Made by a program: the position numbers and the translations under genes. The notes beneath the pieces were generated by a model that ran no database searches, was not told the origin of the DNA, and was given only the letters and a program-made list of their open reading frames with translations. 64,000 nucleotides of DNA from an uncultured bacterium (lineage in GTDB: Bacteria; Patescibacteriota; Minisyncoccia; UBA6257; 2-01-FULL-56-20), in assembly GCA_963844965.1 (NCBI GenBank), contig CAWJQC010000007.1, forward strand, positions 256,001 through 320,000. The letters are read 5' to 3'. Numbering within the stretch: position 1 is the stretch's first letter; every line of letters starts with the position of its first letter. This document shows, one piece after another, positions 36,861 to 46,996 of the stretch.

Positions 36861-36951
36861 AAGGTTTTTGAGAAACCTTGCCAGCCGACATTTTATCTGC
36901 TACCCTGGTTTTAGTTCTTCTTTGGCACGTATATTCGGTCGGAGGTATAGC

Positions 36952-37398
36952 ATGAAAGGACCATATTCGCCGGTTGACAGAGCGTCTGTCGTTTCTTTGT
37001 TGATATTGAATAATATCTACCGCAATCAATGCGAGGAGAACACGATACGAAAAATTTCCGGTATTTTGCACGATCTTCGAGAGAAGGGTGTGCACATTAC
37101 AGACCTGGGGCTTGATAGAAGGATTGGGGGTGACTATTACTCCGAATTTGTGGATTCTACTGTTTACCTCCTCAATTGGAAGCGTTCCACGACGAGCGTG
37201 AGCGGTTTCAACCTGAACCAGGAAGGAATTAAGTTCTGCGGCAGCAATGTGCTTGATGAATTGAATGGTCCGCACAAAGCAGAATTTCTGGAAATCGCGA
37301 GAATGCTCAAAATTGACATGCCGGAGTTGCTCAAAAACTTGCGCAATTCAACGGCCGAGCAGGAGGAATTATTTCCCAAAAACGTGCCCCGAGGTTGA
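36952..37398 (+). CDS. Hypothetical protein
   Basis: About 148 aa from the MKGPYS start; no motif recognised. Confidence 0.35.
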   Translation: MKGPYSPVDRASVVSLLILNNIYRNQCEENTIRKISGILHDLREKGVHITDLGLDRRIGGDYYSEFVDSTVYLLNWKRSTTSVSGFNLNQEGIKFCGSNVLDELNGPHKAEFLEIARMLKIDMPELLKNLRNSTAEQEELFPKNVPRG

Positions 37399-37477
37399 AT
37401 CCGGGGCATTTTTGTTTTAGAATGTTCCCGTAGGCGCGTTTAGGGCCGATGTCGGCCAATAAATTAATAATAAACAA

Positions 37478-37550
37478 GGGCGTTTAGCTCAGTGGTAGAG
37501 CGTTCGCTTCACATGCGAAAGGCCGCTGGTCCGATCCCAGCAACGCCCAC
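37478..37550 (+). tRNA. tRNA-Val (anticodon CAC)
   Basis: Cloverleaf folded by hand: acceptor GGGCGTT/AACGCCC, D stem GCTC/GAGC, anticodon stem TTCGC/GCGAA with loop TTCACAT, T stem GCTGG/CCAGC with TCCGATC loop, discriminator A; CCA not encoded. Confidence 0.8.
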
Positions 37551-37718
37551 ATTGGTTGAGCATCAAATTTTTTTATAATCGGTTTTTTTTTGGGTTCGTT
37601 ACCGGAATTTTTAACCGAATGGACGGTGGCCGGCTGAAATTTTCCGTTTCGGAAGTTTTCCGAGTTATGCACAGAATTCACTTTTTATTTTTGAAAATAC
37701 TTTTATAATTATTTGTAA

Positions 37719-39037
37719 ATGGCAAACTCTGCGAATCACAACGGAGAAAATTATAAAAAAAAGTTTTTATTTGTGTCTTTGGAAAGTTTGAGCGGGGACC
37801 TGGCGTGGAACGTTTTGAAAGAAGGAAACCAGGTCAAAATTTATATAGAGAGAAAAGAGGATGTTGACGTCTACAATGGTTTTCTGGAAAAAGTTGACGA
37901 CTGGAAGAAATTCGTTGACTGGGCGGACGTGGTCGTTTTTGACGATGTTGAGTTCGGCGGGTTCGCCGACAAGCTGAGGCAAAAAGGTAAGCTGGTCATC
38001 GGCGGCTCGGAATACACCGACCGTCTTGAGATTGATAGGGAGTTCGGGCAGACGGAACTCAAAAAATACGGAGTGAGCACCCTGCCGAGCTGGCAATTTT
38101 CCGATTACGACGAGGCGATAAAATTCATACGCCAGAATCGCGACAGGTACGTTTTCAAACCGAGCGGAAATACGCCGAGCGACGGGAAAGGTTTGCTTTT
38201 TCTCGGGCAGGACGAGGACGGCCACGACATGATAGAACTTCTGGAGGGGAACAAGGACGTCTGGAAAAAGAAAGCGCCAGTGTTCCTTCTGCAGAAATTC
38301 ATTTCTGGAGTTGAAGTCGCGGTCGGCGCGTTCTTCAACGGCTCGGATTTTATCTATCCGATAAATATCAATTTTGAACACAAGCGGGTTTTTCCCGGGA
38401 ACATCGGTCCCTTTGCCGGCGAGATGGGAACTTTAATGTTCTGGGATTCGCCGAACGTGCTTTTCCACGAGACGCTTGAAAAATTATTGCCGGCTCTAAA
38501 GGAATCAAAGTACGTGGGGTATGCGGATATCAATTGCATCGTGAACGGCCGCGGCATTTATCCTTTGGAATGGACGTGCCGTTTCGGTACCCGACGATCC
38601 AGATACAGTCGGAGGGGATCTTAATGCCGGCGAGCGAGTGGTTGTGGCGCCTCACGAAGGGCGAGAATTTTGAACTTAAAACGAAGCGAGGTTTTCAGGT
38701 GGGAATGAGAATTCTCGTGCCCACGTATCTCACACGCGACAACGATCCGGAAGTTGAGGTCTACAGGGACCTCGCCGTGGCTTTCAAAAACCCGGAAAAT
38801 CGCGAAGGCATTCATATTGAGGACATAAAGAACGACAAAGGAGTGTGGCGTATCGCCGGAACGAGCGGCTGCGTGCTTGTAGTGACCGGAACCGGGACAA
38901 CCGTGGAAGAAGCGAGAAGGGTTATGTACAACAGAGCGAAGAATATAATGATACCCGGTATGTTTTACAGGACAGATATCGGTTTAAGCTGGGGCTCGGA
39001 CAGCGATAAACTTCAAACCTGGAGGTATTTGGATTGA
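37719..39037 (+). CDS. PurD-like ATP-grasp ligase (phosphoribosylamine-glycine ligase-like), split by a frameshift near 38590
   Basis: ORFs 37719..38624 and 38534..39037 together give PLEWTCRFG|YPTIQ, matching the PurD LEFNxRFGDPETQ region; one missing t in a tt run; the N-terminus lacks the canonical GGREHA, so the assignment is tentative. Confidence 0.45.
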
Positions 39038-39113
39038 TAAAAGCTTGATAGTTGATAATCTGTGGATATCTGACGGCCTCGCTTGATGATTTGTCTTGTA
39101 AAATAAGGATTCT

Positions 39114-39146
39114 TTCGCCGCTTCGGCGGCGATTTTTTGTTTTTGA
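39114..39146 (+). terminator. Rho-independent terminator
   Basis: cgccgcttcggcggcg hairpin followed by attttttgttttt. Confidence 0.6.
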
Positions 39147-39155
39147 CACGCTTCG

Positions 39156-39206
39156 GCGGTGGTGTATCGTTAAATGAAAGTGGTGAATTGTGGATAAAGC
39201 TGGGGA
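39156..39206 (+). promoter_or_regulatory. Candidate MraZ operator (GTGG direct repeats at ~10-bp spacing) and mraZ promoter
   Basis: GTGGTG at 39159 and 39180, GTGGA at 39190, TGGGG at 39201; the last three are spaced 10-11 bp apart, as in known MraZ boxes. Confidence 0.45.
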
Positions 39207-39244
39207 TAAATGCCACTTTCTGTGCAGAACTTTCCTTCAAACCA

Positions 39245-39676
39245 ATGCTACTCGGCGAATATCAACACAATTTGGATTCCAAAGGTCGGGTGGCAGTTCC
39301 GGCCAAATTCAAAGAAAAACTTGCGGCCGGCGCCATCATTACGCGCGGGTTGGATAACTGCCTGTTTGTTTTCGCGTCCAAGGAGTGGGATGTCTTGGCG
39401 CAGAAATTGGTGGCTTTGCCTCTCGCTCAGGCGAATTCGCGGGCGTTCGTGCGGCTGATGCTCGCGGGCGCGATGGACGCGACGCTGGACAATCAGGGCC
39501 GCATATTGATCCCGGATTACTTGCGGAAGTACGCCGACCTTAAGAAGCAGGTGATAATCGCGGGTTTATACAACCGCGTGGAGGTTTGGGACGCCGAGAA
39601 GTGGAGCGAGTATAAGAAGAAAACGGAGGGAGCGTCCGAGGAAATAGCGGAAAAGCTGGGTGAGCTCGGTATATAA
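39245..39676 (+). CDS. mraZ: Transcriptional regulator MraZ
   Basis: MLLGEYQHNLDSKGRVAVPAKF and a second DxxGR repeat (LDNQGRILIP) characteristic of MraZ. Confidence 0.85.
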   Translation: MLLGEYQHNLDSKGRVAVPAKFKEKLAAGAIITRGLDNCLFVFASKEWDVLAQKLVALPLAQANSRAFVRLMLAGAMDATLDNQGRILIPDYLRKYADLKKQVIIAGLYNRVEVWDAEKWSEYKKKTEGASEEIAEKLGELGI

Positions 39677-39782
39677 ATTTCTAATTCCTAATTATTCTAA
39701 TTGACCTAAGGAATGACCAATGAATAAATTTTTGAAAATTGGGAGTTTTTTAGAAATTAGAAATTAGATCAATTAGAAATTC
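39676..39782. repeat. CTAATT-type repeat-array hairpin element
   Basis: tttctaattcctaattattctaattgacc ... tttttagaaattagaaattagatcaattagaaattc; 3-4 direct CTAATT units and 3-4 inverted AATTAG units, ending at the rsmH ATG. Confidence 0.65.
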
Positions 39783-40691
39783 ATGCACCACCATCCGGTT
39801 CTTTTAAAAGAAATCATAAAATTTTTAGATCCGAAACCCGGCGAATTCATTGTTGACGGCACGGTTGACGGAGGAGGACACGGCGCCGAAATTTTTGAAA
39901 AGATTTTACCGAATGGAAGACTTTTGGGCGTAGACCTGGATGCCGATCTCCTGGAAAAAGCTTCGCGGGCAGTTTCCGCGAAAGTCAAAAGCCGGAAATC
40001 AAATATCAACAGCAATTTGATTTTGGTTCGGGGCAACTACGCCGACCTACCGGATATTTTGGAAGAAAAAAAGTTGCCGAAGGCCGACGGTTTGCTTCTG
40101 GATCTGGGATTTTCCTCCGAACAATTGGAGAACGCCGAAAAAAGGGGATTCAGCTTTGAAAAAAATGAGCCGCTTTTGATGACCTACAGCGCCGGGCGGA
40201 AGCCCGTCAAAGAAATTCTCACGGAACTTGACGCCAAGGAGCTTGCGAAAATCATCTTTGAACTGAGCGGTGAGAAGTTCGCGATGCGGATAGCGCGGGC
40301 GATAAAAGAACGGGGGCGGACGAGAGCAGTAGAGACAAGCGGTGAGCTCGCGGAAGCGGTCCGGGGCGCGGTGCCCAAAAATTATGAGCGCGGCCGCATT
40401 GATCCCGCGACGAGAACTTTTCAGGCGCTGCGGATTTACGCGAACGACGAACTAGGGAATCTTAAAAAAGTTTTGGACAGATTGGGAGAAATTCTGGAAC
40501 CGGGCGGGAGAGTGGTGATTATAAGTTTCCATTCGCTTGAGGATCGAATAGTGAAGGATAATTTTCGGAAGCTGGAGGAATCCGGAGAACTCCGGATTTT
40601 GACGAAGAAGCCGGTTCGCCCCGCGGAAGAGGAAATTTTGAAAAATCCGCGCAGCCGCTCAGCTAAACTGCGCGCCGCTATCATGGAGTAA
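39783..40691 (+). CDS. rsmH: 16S rRNA (cytosine1402-N4)-methyltransferase RsmH
   Basis: HHPVLLKEII...VDGTVDGGGH N-terminus and dcw position after mraZ. Confidence 0.85.
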   Translation: MHHHPVLLKEIIKFLDPKPGEFIVDGTVDGGGHGAEIFEKILPNGRLLGVDLDADLLEKASRAVSAKVKSRKSNINSNLILVRGNYADLPDILEEKKLPKADGLLLDLGFSSEQLENAEKRGFSFEKNEPLLMTYSAGRKPVKEILTELDAKELAKIIFELSGEKFAMRIARAIKERGRTRAVETSGELAEAVRGAVPKNYERGRIDPATRTFQALRIYANDELGNLKKVLDRLGEILEPGGRVVIISFHSLEDRIVKDNFRKLEESGELRILTKKPVRPAEEEILKNPRSRSAKLRAAIME

Positions 40692-40773
40692 TCGCGAATA
40701 ACGCGAATGATAGCAAATAACGCGAATAAAATTCGCATTATTCAATAAAAATTAGCATTATTCGCGAATACTC
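40685..40773. repeat. GCGAAT-type repeat-array hairpin element, copy C
   Basis: ggagtaatcgcgaataacgcgaat...attcgcattattc...attagcattattcgcgaatactc; overlaps the rsmH stop and ends 2 nt before the ftsL ATG. Confidence 0.7.
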
Positions 40774-40775
40774 TA

Positions 40776-41111
40776 ATGACCTTTATCCAACCAAACAAAA
40801 ACAGCGGCATTTTAAATAAAATTTTGGCTGTCCTTGTGATCTGCTCGGTTTTTAGTGGCGCGGCGCTAGTTGTGTTGTATAATAGGATAGTCAATTTTGA
40901 CCACGGCCTTGATAAGGCGAAAGCCGAGCTGGCTAGCCTGCAATCGCAGAACGCCGACGCTAAAGATAAAATCTTTGAATTGCTTGATACCGACAAGGAT
41001 TCGGCGGCATTGAAGGATTACGGTCTGGTTGAAGATAAAAATCCGCAATATTTAGAAATTTCCTCCAAAGACGAGAATTCACAACAATGGTCATACGCTT
41101 CTGGACGTTGA
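40776..41111 (+). CDS. ftsL: FtsL-like cell-division protein (single TM plus coiled coil)
   Basis: 111 aa, one TM segment, coiled-coil region, position between rsmH and ftsI. Confidence 0.55.
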   Translation: MTFIQPNKNSGILNKILAVLVICSVFSGAALVVLYNRIVNFDHGLDKAKAELASLQSQNADAKDKIFELLDTDKDSAALKDYGLVEDKNPQYLEISSKDENSQQWSYASGR

Positions 41112-42722
41112 TTTTGGGCTTAACCGCGGCCTATTCTTTGCTTTTATTTCGTCTTTACGATCTGCAAGTAGTTAAGGGCGATTATTATCATGCGCGCTCC
41201 GAATCGCAATATGTCGCCCAGGATGCCGCCTCCTCGAACCGAGGCGTTATTTATTTTACGGACAAAAATAACAGCGAAATTCCGGCAACCCTGAACAAGG
41301 ATTTCCCGATCATATACGCGGTGCCTAAGGATGTTGAAGATCCATCGGAGGCCGCGAACACTCTTGCCGGGATCCTGAATAAGCCGGTAAGCGATCTCGC
41401 CGCGACTCTGTCCAAAACCAATGATTCTTACGAAGTTTTACTAAGGAAGGCGGATGCCGACACGGCAAAAGCCGTGGACGATTTGAAAATTAATGGGATT
41501 TACGTTGATACTGAAGTCAGGCGCTATTATCCGTTTAACGACATGGCGTCGCAGGTTTTGGGCTACGTCGGGCCGAAGAGCGACGGTTCGGGGAATAAGG
41601 GCTACTATGGCGTGGAAGGATTTTATGATTCCGAACTCGCGGGCGGGGACGCCGTTGAGGTTGACGGCGCGAGTGGACCTAAATCCGGCGCCGATATCAC
41701 CCTTACGATTGATCCGAACATACAGAGTGAAGCGGAAAAAATTTTAGAGAATTTACTTTCAACTTATAACGCGAGCGGCGGCAGTTTTGTTGTTGAAGAT
41801 CCGCAAACTGGGAAAATTTTAGCGATGGGCGGCCTTCCCGATTTTGACCCGAACAACTACGGCAGTGCTCCGATGGCCGATTTTCTGAATCCAACGGTGC
41901 AACAGATCTACGAACCAGGTCTCTGTTTTCAAGGTCATTACGATGGCGACTGGTATTGATTCCGGGAAGATTACTCCGGACACGACTTACTTTGACACGG
42001 GCAGCGTTACCCTGAACGGCAGGACGATACAGAATTACGACCTGAAAACTCATGGTCCTTACGGCAAAGCGACGATGACGAACGTGATAGAGCACTCTAT
42101 AAACACCGGCGCGGTTTTCGCGGAGAGGCAAATTGGCAGGGATATTTTTACCGAGTATCTGAACAATTTCGGTTTTGCCGAAAAGACGGGCATAGATTTA
42201 CCGGGGGAACTAAAGGGAGATTTAAGGCAACTGTCTCCACAGGCGCGGGATATTGCTTTCGCGACGGCTTCCTATGGCCAAGGAGTAGCCGTGACGCCCA
42301 TTGAACTCGTGAATGCGTTCGCGGCCGTCGCGAACGGCGGCAATCTGATGAGGCCATACGTGAACGCCGCCCTGGAACCAAAAGTTATAAGGCGCATAAT
42401 AACCGAGAGTACTGCGCAAGCCGTGACCGGAATGATGATTTCCGCGGTGGACAAAGCCGGCATCGCCAGTATCGCGAACTATTCTGTCGCCGGAAAAACG
42501 GGTAGTGCCTACATTCCGGATTTCAAGAATGGCGGCTACACAAATAAACTTATTGACAGCTACGCCGGCTTCGGGCCCACGAGCAACCCGAGGTTCGTTA
42601 TACTCTTTAAGGTGGATGATCTGGACGAATCTCAGCTTGCGGCCACCATCATTGTTCCGGCTTTCCGCGAGATGGCGCAATTTATGTTGAATTACTACAA
42701 CATAGCGCCGGACAGATTATGA
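41087..42722 (+). CDS. ftsI: Peptidoglycan D,D-transpeptidase FtsI (PBP3) with a 1-nt frameshift at about 41922
   Basis: ORFs 41087..41959 and 41943..42722; removing one c from ggtctctgttttcaag restores YEPGSVFKVITMA (SxxK); downstream SAVDKAG (SxN-like) and KTGSA motifs are present. Confidence 0.75.
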
Positions 42723-42732
42723 AATGAAGTGG

Positions 42733-42764
42733 ACATTTTGATATTTAAATTTTACATTTAAATC
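42733..42764 (+). promoter_or_regulatory. AT-rich promoter-like motif ACATTTTGATATTT...TTTACATTTAAAT
   Basis: TTGATA (-35-like) plus a TTTAAAT-type element; the same ACATTTTGATATTT core recurs at 44124 upstream of tRNA-Glu. Confidence 0.35.
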
Positions 42765-42766
42765 AT

Positions 42767-44054
42767 ATGTCGGATACGAGCTTGCAAACATTGCGCTGGC
42801 TTCTGAAAAAATTGGCGCAACTTACGATTTGGCGCTACCAGCCGGGCGTCATCGGTATTACCGGAAGCGTCGGCAAGACGTCCACGAAACTTGCTCTTAG
42901 GGCGGTGCTGGAAAAAGAGCGGCGCATGCGGGCGTCTTCGGGCAACTTGAACAACGACCTTGGTTTGCCGCTCGCCGTTTTGGGCGGCTGGAGCCAGTCG
43001 GACTTGAGGCTGGTGAGCCGCGAACAGCCGCCACACACGGCGCGCGTCAGTAAGGCGTTTTTTTGGCTGAAGGTTGTTTTGGTTTCGGTTTGGCGGCTGG
43101 TTTTCGTGAACAGAAGAAGCTATCCCGAAATCCTGGTCTTGGAGTACGGTGCCGACCGGCCGGGAGATCTGAAACAGCTTCTTGAGATAGCGCGTCCGAA
43201 CATAAGCATTATCACCGCTATCGGCGAGACACCGGTACACGTGGAATTTTTTGCCGGACCGGAAGAGGTCGCGCGGGAAAAAGCGCGGCTGATAGAATGC
43301 TTGCCGGTGGCCGGCTTCGCTGTTCTCAATTATGATGACGAAACGGTTATGGAGTTGAAGGACAGGACGCGCGCGCATATCGCGACATTCGGTTTCGCGA
43401 GAGGAGCCGGAGTGCAGGTCACGCGGTTTGAGAACCGTTCCGAGGGCGGGCGGCCCCTTGGCATCTCTTTCAAACTTGAATATGGAGGAAATTTCGTTCC
43501 GGTGAGGATTGACGGCGTTTTCGGCAAATCGCAGGCCTATGCGGCCGCAGCCGCCGCTTCCATCGGTTTGATTTTCGGCATGAATCTCGTTAAAATTTCC
43601 GAAGCACTCAGGGACTACAAGCCGGCCGATTCGCGCATGCAGCTTCTCCCAGGCGTTAAGTACGCCTACATTATTGATGACGCTTACAACGCGAGCCCGC
43701 TCTCCATGCACGCCGCGCTTGATGTTCTCCGCGGTCTGCCGGCAAAAAGGAAAATAGCGGTTCTCGGCGACATGCTGGATATTCGGCAAGTACGCTATTG
43801 AAGCACATGAGCGGGTGGGGCGTCTCGTCGCCGGATTCGCGGATATTTTGGTGACCGTGGGACCGAGGGCGAAGTTCATAGCCGAAGCCGCGCGCGAGGC
43901 AGGCATGCGCAAGAACAATATTTATTCGTTTGACACGGCTGACGAAGCTACGAAGCCAGTTCAGGATTTTATAAGAAAAGGGGATTTGATTTTGGTGAAA
44001 GGCTCGCACGCGATGGAGCTTGAAAAGGTAGTGGAGGAGATTAAGGCCTTCTAG
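42767..44054 (+). CDS. murF: UDP-N-acetylmuramoyl-tripeptide-D-alanyl-D-alanine ligase MurF with a frameshift at about 43775
   Basis: Mur ligase P-loop GITGSVGKTSTK; the C-terminal part continues in another frame (FGKYAIEAHERVGRL...), ORF 43815..44054 has a GTG start. Confidence 0.75.
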
Positions 44055-44059
44055 GTAGT

Positions 44060-44150
44060 GTAAAGTTTAAAAATCAAAATTTAAAATGACAATGTAAAAT
44101 TTAAAAATTTAACTGCAATTTTACATTTTGATATTTGCATTTTAAATTTT
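44060..44150. repeat. AT-rich TAAAAT/ATTTTA inverted repeat array upstream of tRNA-Glu (probable promoter region)
   Basis: aaatttaaaatgacaatgtaaaatttaaaaattt ... aattttacattttgatatttgcattttaaattt. Confidence 0.4.
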
Positions 44151-44156
44151 TGCGAT

Positions 44157-44228
44157 GGCGCATTCGTCTAGTGGCCAGGACAGGTGGTTCTCATCCACCA
44201 AACAGGGGTTCGATTCCCCTATGCGCTA
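44157..44228 (+). tRNA. tRNA-Glu (anticodon CUC)
   Basis: Hand fold: acceptor GGCGCAT/ATGCGCT (G1-U72 wobble), D stem GTCT/GGAC, anticodon stem GGTGG/CCACC with loop TTCTCAT, T stem AGGGG/CCCCT with TTCGATT loop; the island starts immediately after it. Confidence 0.7.
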
Positions 44229-44359
44229 CATTCAGCTTTCGTTATCGAGGAGACGCGGTTGCGTCCATTTGTGCTACATTTTCCAAAGATGTTGGCAAGT
44301 AAATTAGAAGAGAGTAGGCTATATTGCGGATAGTAAAATAGCTGTTTCGATACAAAAGC

Positions 44360-46500
44360 ATGCTAGAAAAGATAACCTCAATCAAAAATGTGGGTCGGTT
44401 CCGCAACAGTCCTGCTACTGGTGACGTGACTTTCCGTCGCCACACAATGATATTCGCCGAGAACGGGAGGGGTAAAACAACTCTTTGTGCCATCCTACGC
44501 TCGCTGTCCACCAACACACCCGCCTTCATCATCGGGCGCAAGACGTATCGGCGGCAACGGTCAGCCGGAAGTCCAACTACTTCTCAACGGCGACTCCGTA
44601 ACATTTCATGATGGAGTTGGAGTGCTCCGTTCCCGAACGTGGCGATCTTTGATGGGACCTACGTCAGCGAAAATGTGTTTGCGGGTGACGTGGTTGATAC
44701 CGAAAACCGACGTAACCTTTACCGCGTTATTATTGGTGCTCAAGGCGTGGCTCATGCTGGCCGACTCAATGATCTCGATAACCAGATCAGGACTAAAAAT
44801 AATGAAATCAGGGATGTCAGAGCGCGGATGCAACCTCATATGCCGCCAGGTACAACAGTTGAAGATTTCATCGCCTTACCCGAAGATGCGACAATCAGTG
44901 AGAAGATTTTGGCGAAAGAACAGGAACTTCAAGCGGTACAACGTGCTGCTCAGTTACAGCAAAAACAGGGTCTAACAGCAGCTGCGGTACCGACCTTTCC
45001 CGCATCATTTGCTGAGACTCTTGGCAAAACTCTTGAGAATCTTGGGGCAGGCGCCGAGAAGCTTGTCGCCGATCACATTTCACAGCATCAAATGCGAACG
45101 CATGGGGAGACTTGGCTGAGGGATGGCCTCCCTTTTGTGGTCGATGAGTCATGTCCATTCTGCGGGCAATCGCTTGTAGGCGTCGATTTGATTCAGGTAT
45201 ACAAAACTTTTTTCAGCAATGAGTACCACGCGCTGCGTAGTGAAGTGATGAAACTAAGTGCGCAGGTTGAGGGTGTGCTCGCGGAGCGTGTATCTGCGGC
45301 AATTGAACAAACGCTTTTACAGAACAGCAACAACGCCGAGTTCTGGCAACAATATTGTGATTTCGTGCCGCCCGTTCTGCCGGGAGCGGAAAGGCTTGGA
45401 GAAATTATCACCGCGCTCCGGCAATCCGCTCAGTCTCTTTTACAAATAAAGTCGGGGGCACCGCTTGACGCAGTGCCACCGGACGAGGGATTCACTAAAT
45501 CACTTGTCGCATTCGAGGCCTTACGCACCTCCCTAGCCAACTATAATGCCGCAGTCGCCGCAGTAAACGTCACAATTGAAGCCAGAAAGCGTGCTACGCA
45601 GGCAACGAATGTGCGCGAAGTTGAAAATGCGGTCGCCAAACTGAAGGGGCAAAAGAATCGCTATACAGTGGGCGTGCAGGAACTTTGCGCGACCGAGACG
45701 CGTCTACAGGGTGAAAAGAAAATTCTCGAAAACGAAAAAGCGCTGGTGCGAGGTCAACTGGACACTCATACGGGACAGGTAATCACCCAATATGGCCAAA
45801 TCATCAACCGTTTTCTGGAGCGGATAAATGCGGGATTCAGAATCACTGTGCCATCACACAACTACCGTGGAGGAACGCCGAGTACGAGCTACCAGATTCT
45901 TATCAATCAAAATGCGATTGATTCTTGGAGACGCAGCGACGCCGACAGACAGACCGAGCTTCAAGAACACTTTGAGTGCTGGCGACAAAAGCACATTGGC
46001 TCTCGCATTTTTTCTGGCACAACTTGAGCAGGATTCGGATCGTGCTCAAAAAATAGTCGTTTTCGACGATCCTTTCAGCAGTATGGATAGTTTTCGAAGA
46101 AATCATACGATCCATCAGATATCCAAATGCGGGGAAACATGCGTTCAAGTAGTCCTTCTTTCGCACGAACCATCATTTCTAAAATTGCTGTGGATCGTGG
46201 GCACCGGCAGACCGGAAAACGCTCCAGCTGGCACGTGTAGGAGAAGAGAACACCGTCATCATTGAATGGGATATCGAGAAAGCGGTCCAGGCACGTTATC
46301 GGGCCGATATAGAAGCGTTGCAAGGATTTTTTTCATTGGGCAAAGGCGATCAGCGGGAGGTGATTCAGAAGCTACGACTGGTGCTTGAGGCGTATTGCCG
46401 AACACTCTATCCAACGCTCATCGGTGAGGATACATTAGGTGTCATTGTAGAAAATCGGCCACGGCAGCTACACAATTCCCCTCCATCTATCGCGGGATGA
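44360..46500 (+). pseudogene. AAA_13-family (RloC/PrrC-like) ATPase gene broken by at least 4 frameshifts
   Basis: Pieces in four frames: Walker A IFAENGRGKTTLCAIL, NVAIFDGTYVSENVF, zinc-hook-like CPFCGQSL, SFKNTLSAGDKSTLALAFFLAQL, Walker B IVVFDDPFSSMD, H-loop LLSHEPSFL, and a C-terminal helical region. Confidence 0.6.
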
Positions 46501-46996
46501 TCCTCCAATCAATATATTTATTGCCGTCGCTGTATCATGGTGAAAGCCCCGCTGCTGCGACCGATATATCGACGATGCAGAGCTCCAAGGATATGTCGCA
46601 CGCACTCTGAAACTCGTTGGATGTCTTTAGCGCAAACTCCTATTGATAGCATCATACAAAAACTTGCCGGATTATCCGTTCCGAAGCTAGTGAACTTTTA
46701 TTCGGCCTTCAAGCTTATGACCTTATCTCTCACCACAAACTTGCTCTTGATGAGCGAGAGTAATTCTCGTTTCTCGGTGGGATTACCGTCATTTAGTACA
46801 TATGCTGCGTATCATCTCGCGTCGAATTCGGCATCATCCTGCTTTATCGCTCTCACACCTAGGAATGATTTCTGGAATTTGGCGACGCGTTTTGTTTCCT
46901 CGATAAAACGCTGTTTGATATCGGACTCGTTAATATCCAATTTGCCAATTAATCGATAAGCTGTTTAGTGAGCTCATCTTCGCGCATATATTTGTT

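Noticed and set aside
37484-37681. 65-aa minus-strand ORF
   Set aside because: Overlaps tRNA-Val on the opposite strand
44157-44228. Alternative reading of the tRNA-Glu with a different start position
   Set aside because: The only register giving standard 7/4/5/5-bp stems starts at 44157 with a G1-U72 wobble. This is kept as the call, but the acceptor-end wobble lowers confidence
46537-46990. 140-aa plus-strand ORF after the AAA_13 remnants
   Set aside because: Low-complexity Ser/Leu-rich translation with no motif; probably non-coding spacer or further decayed island DNA between the AAA_13 gene and the recombinase remnant
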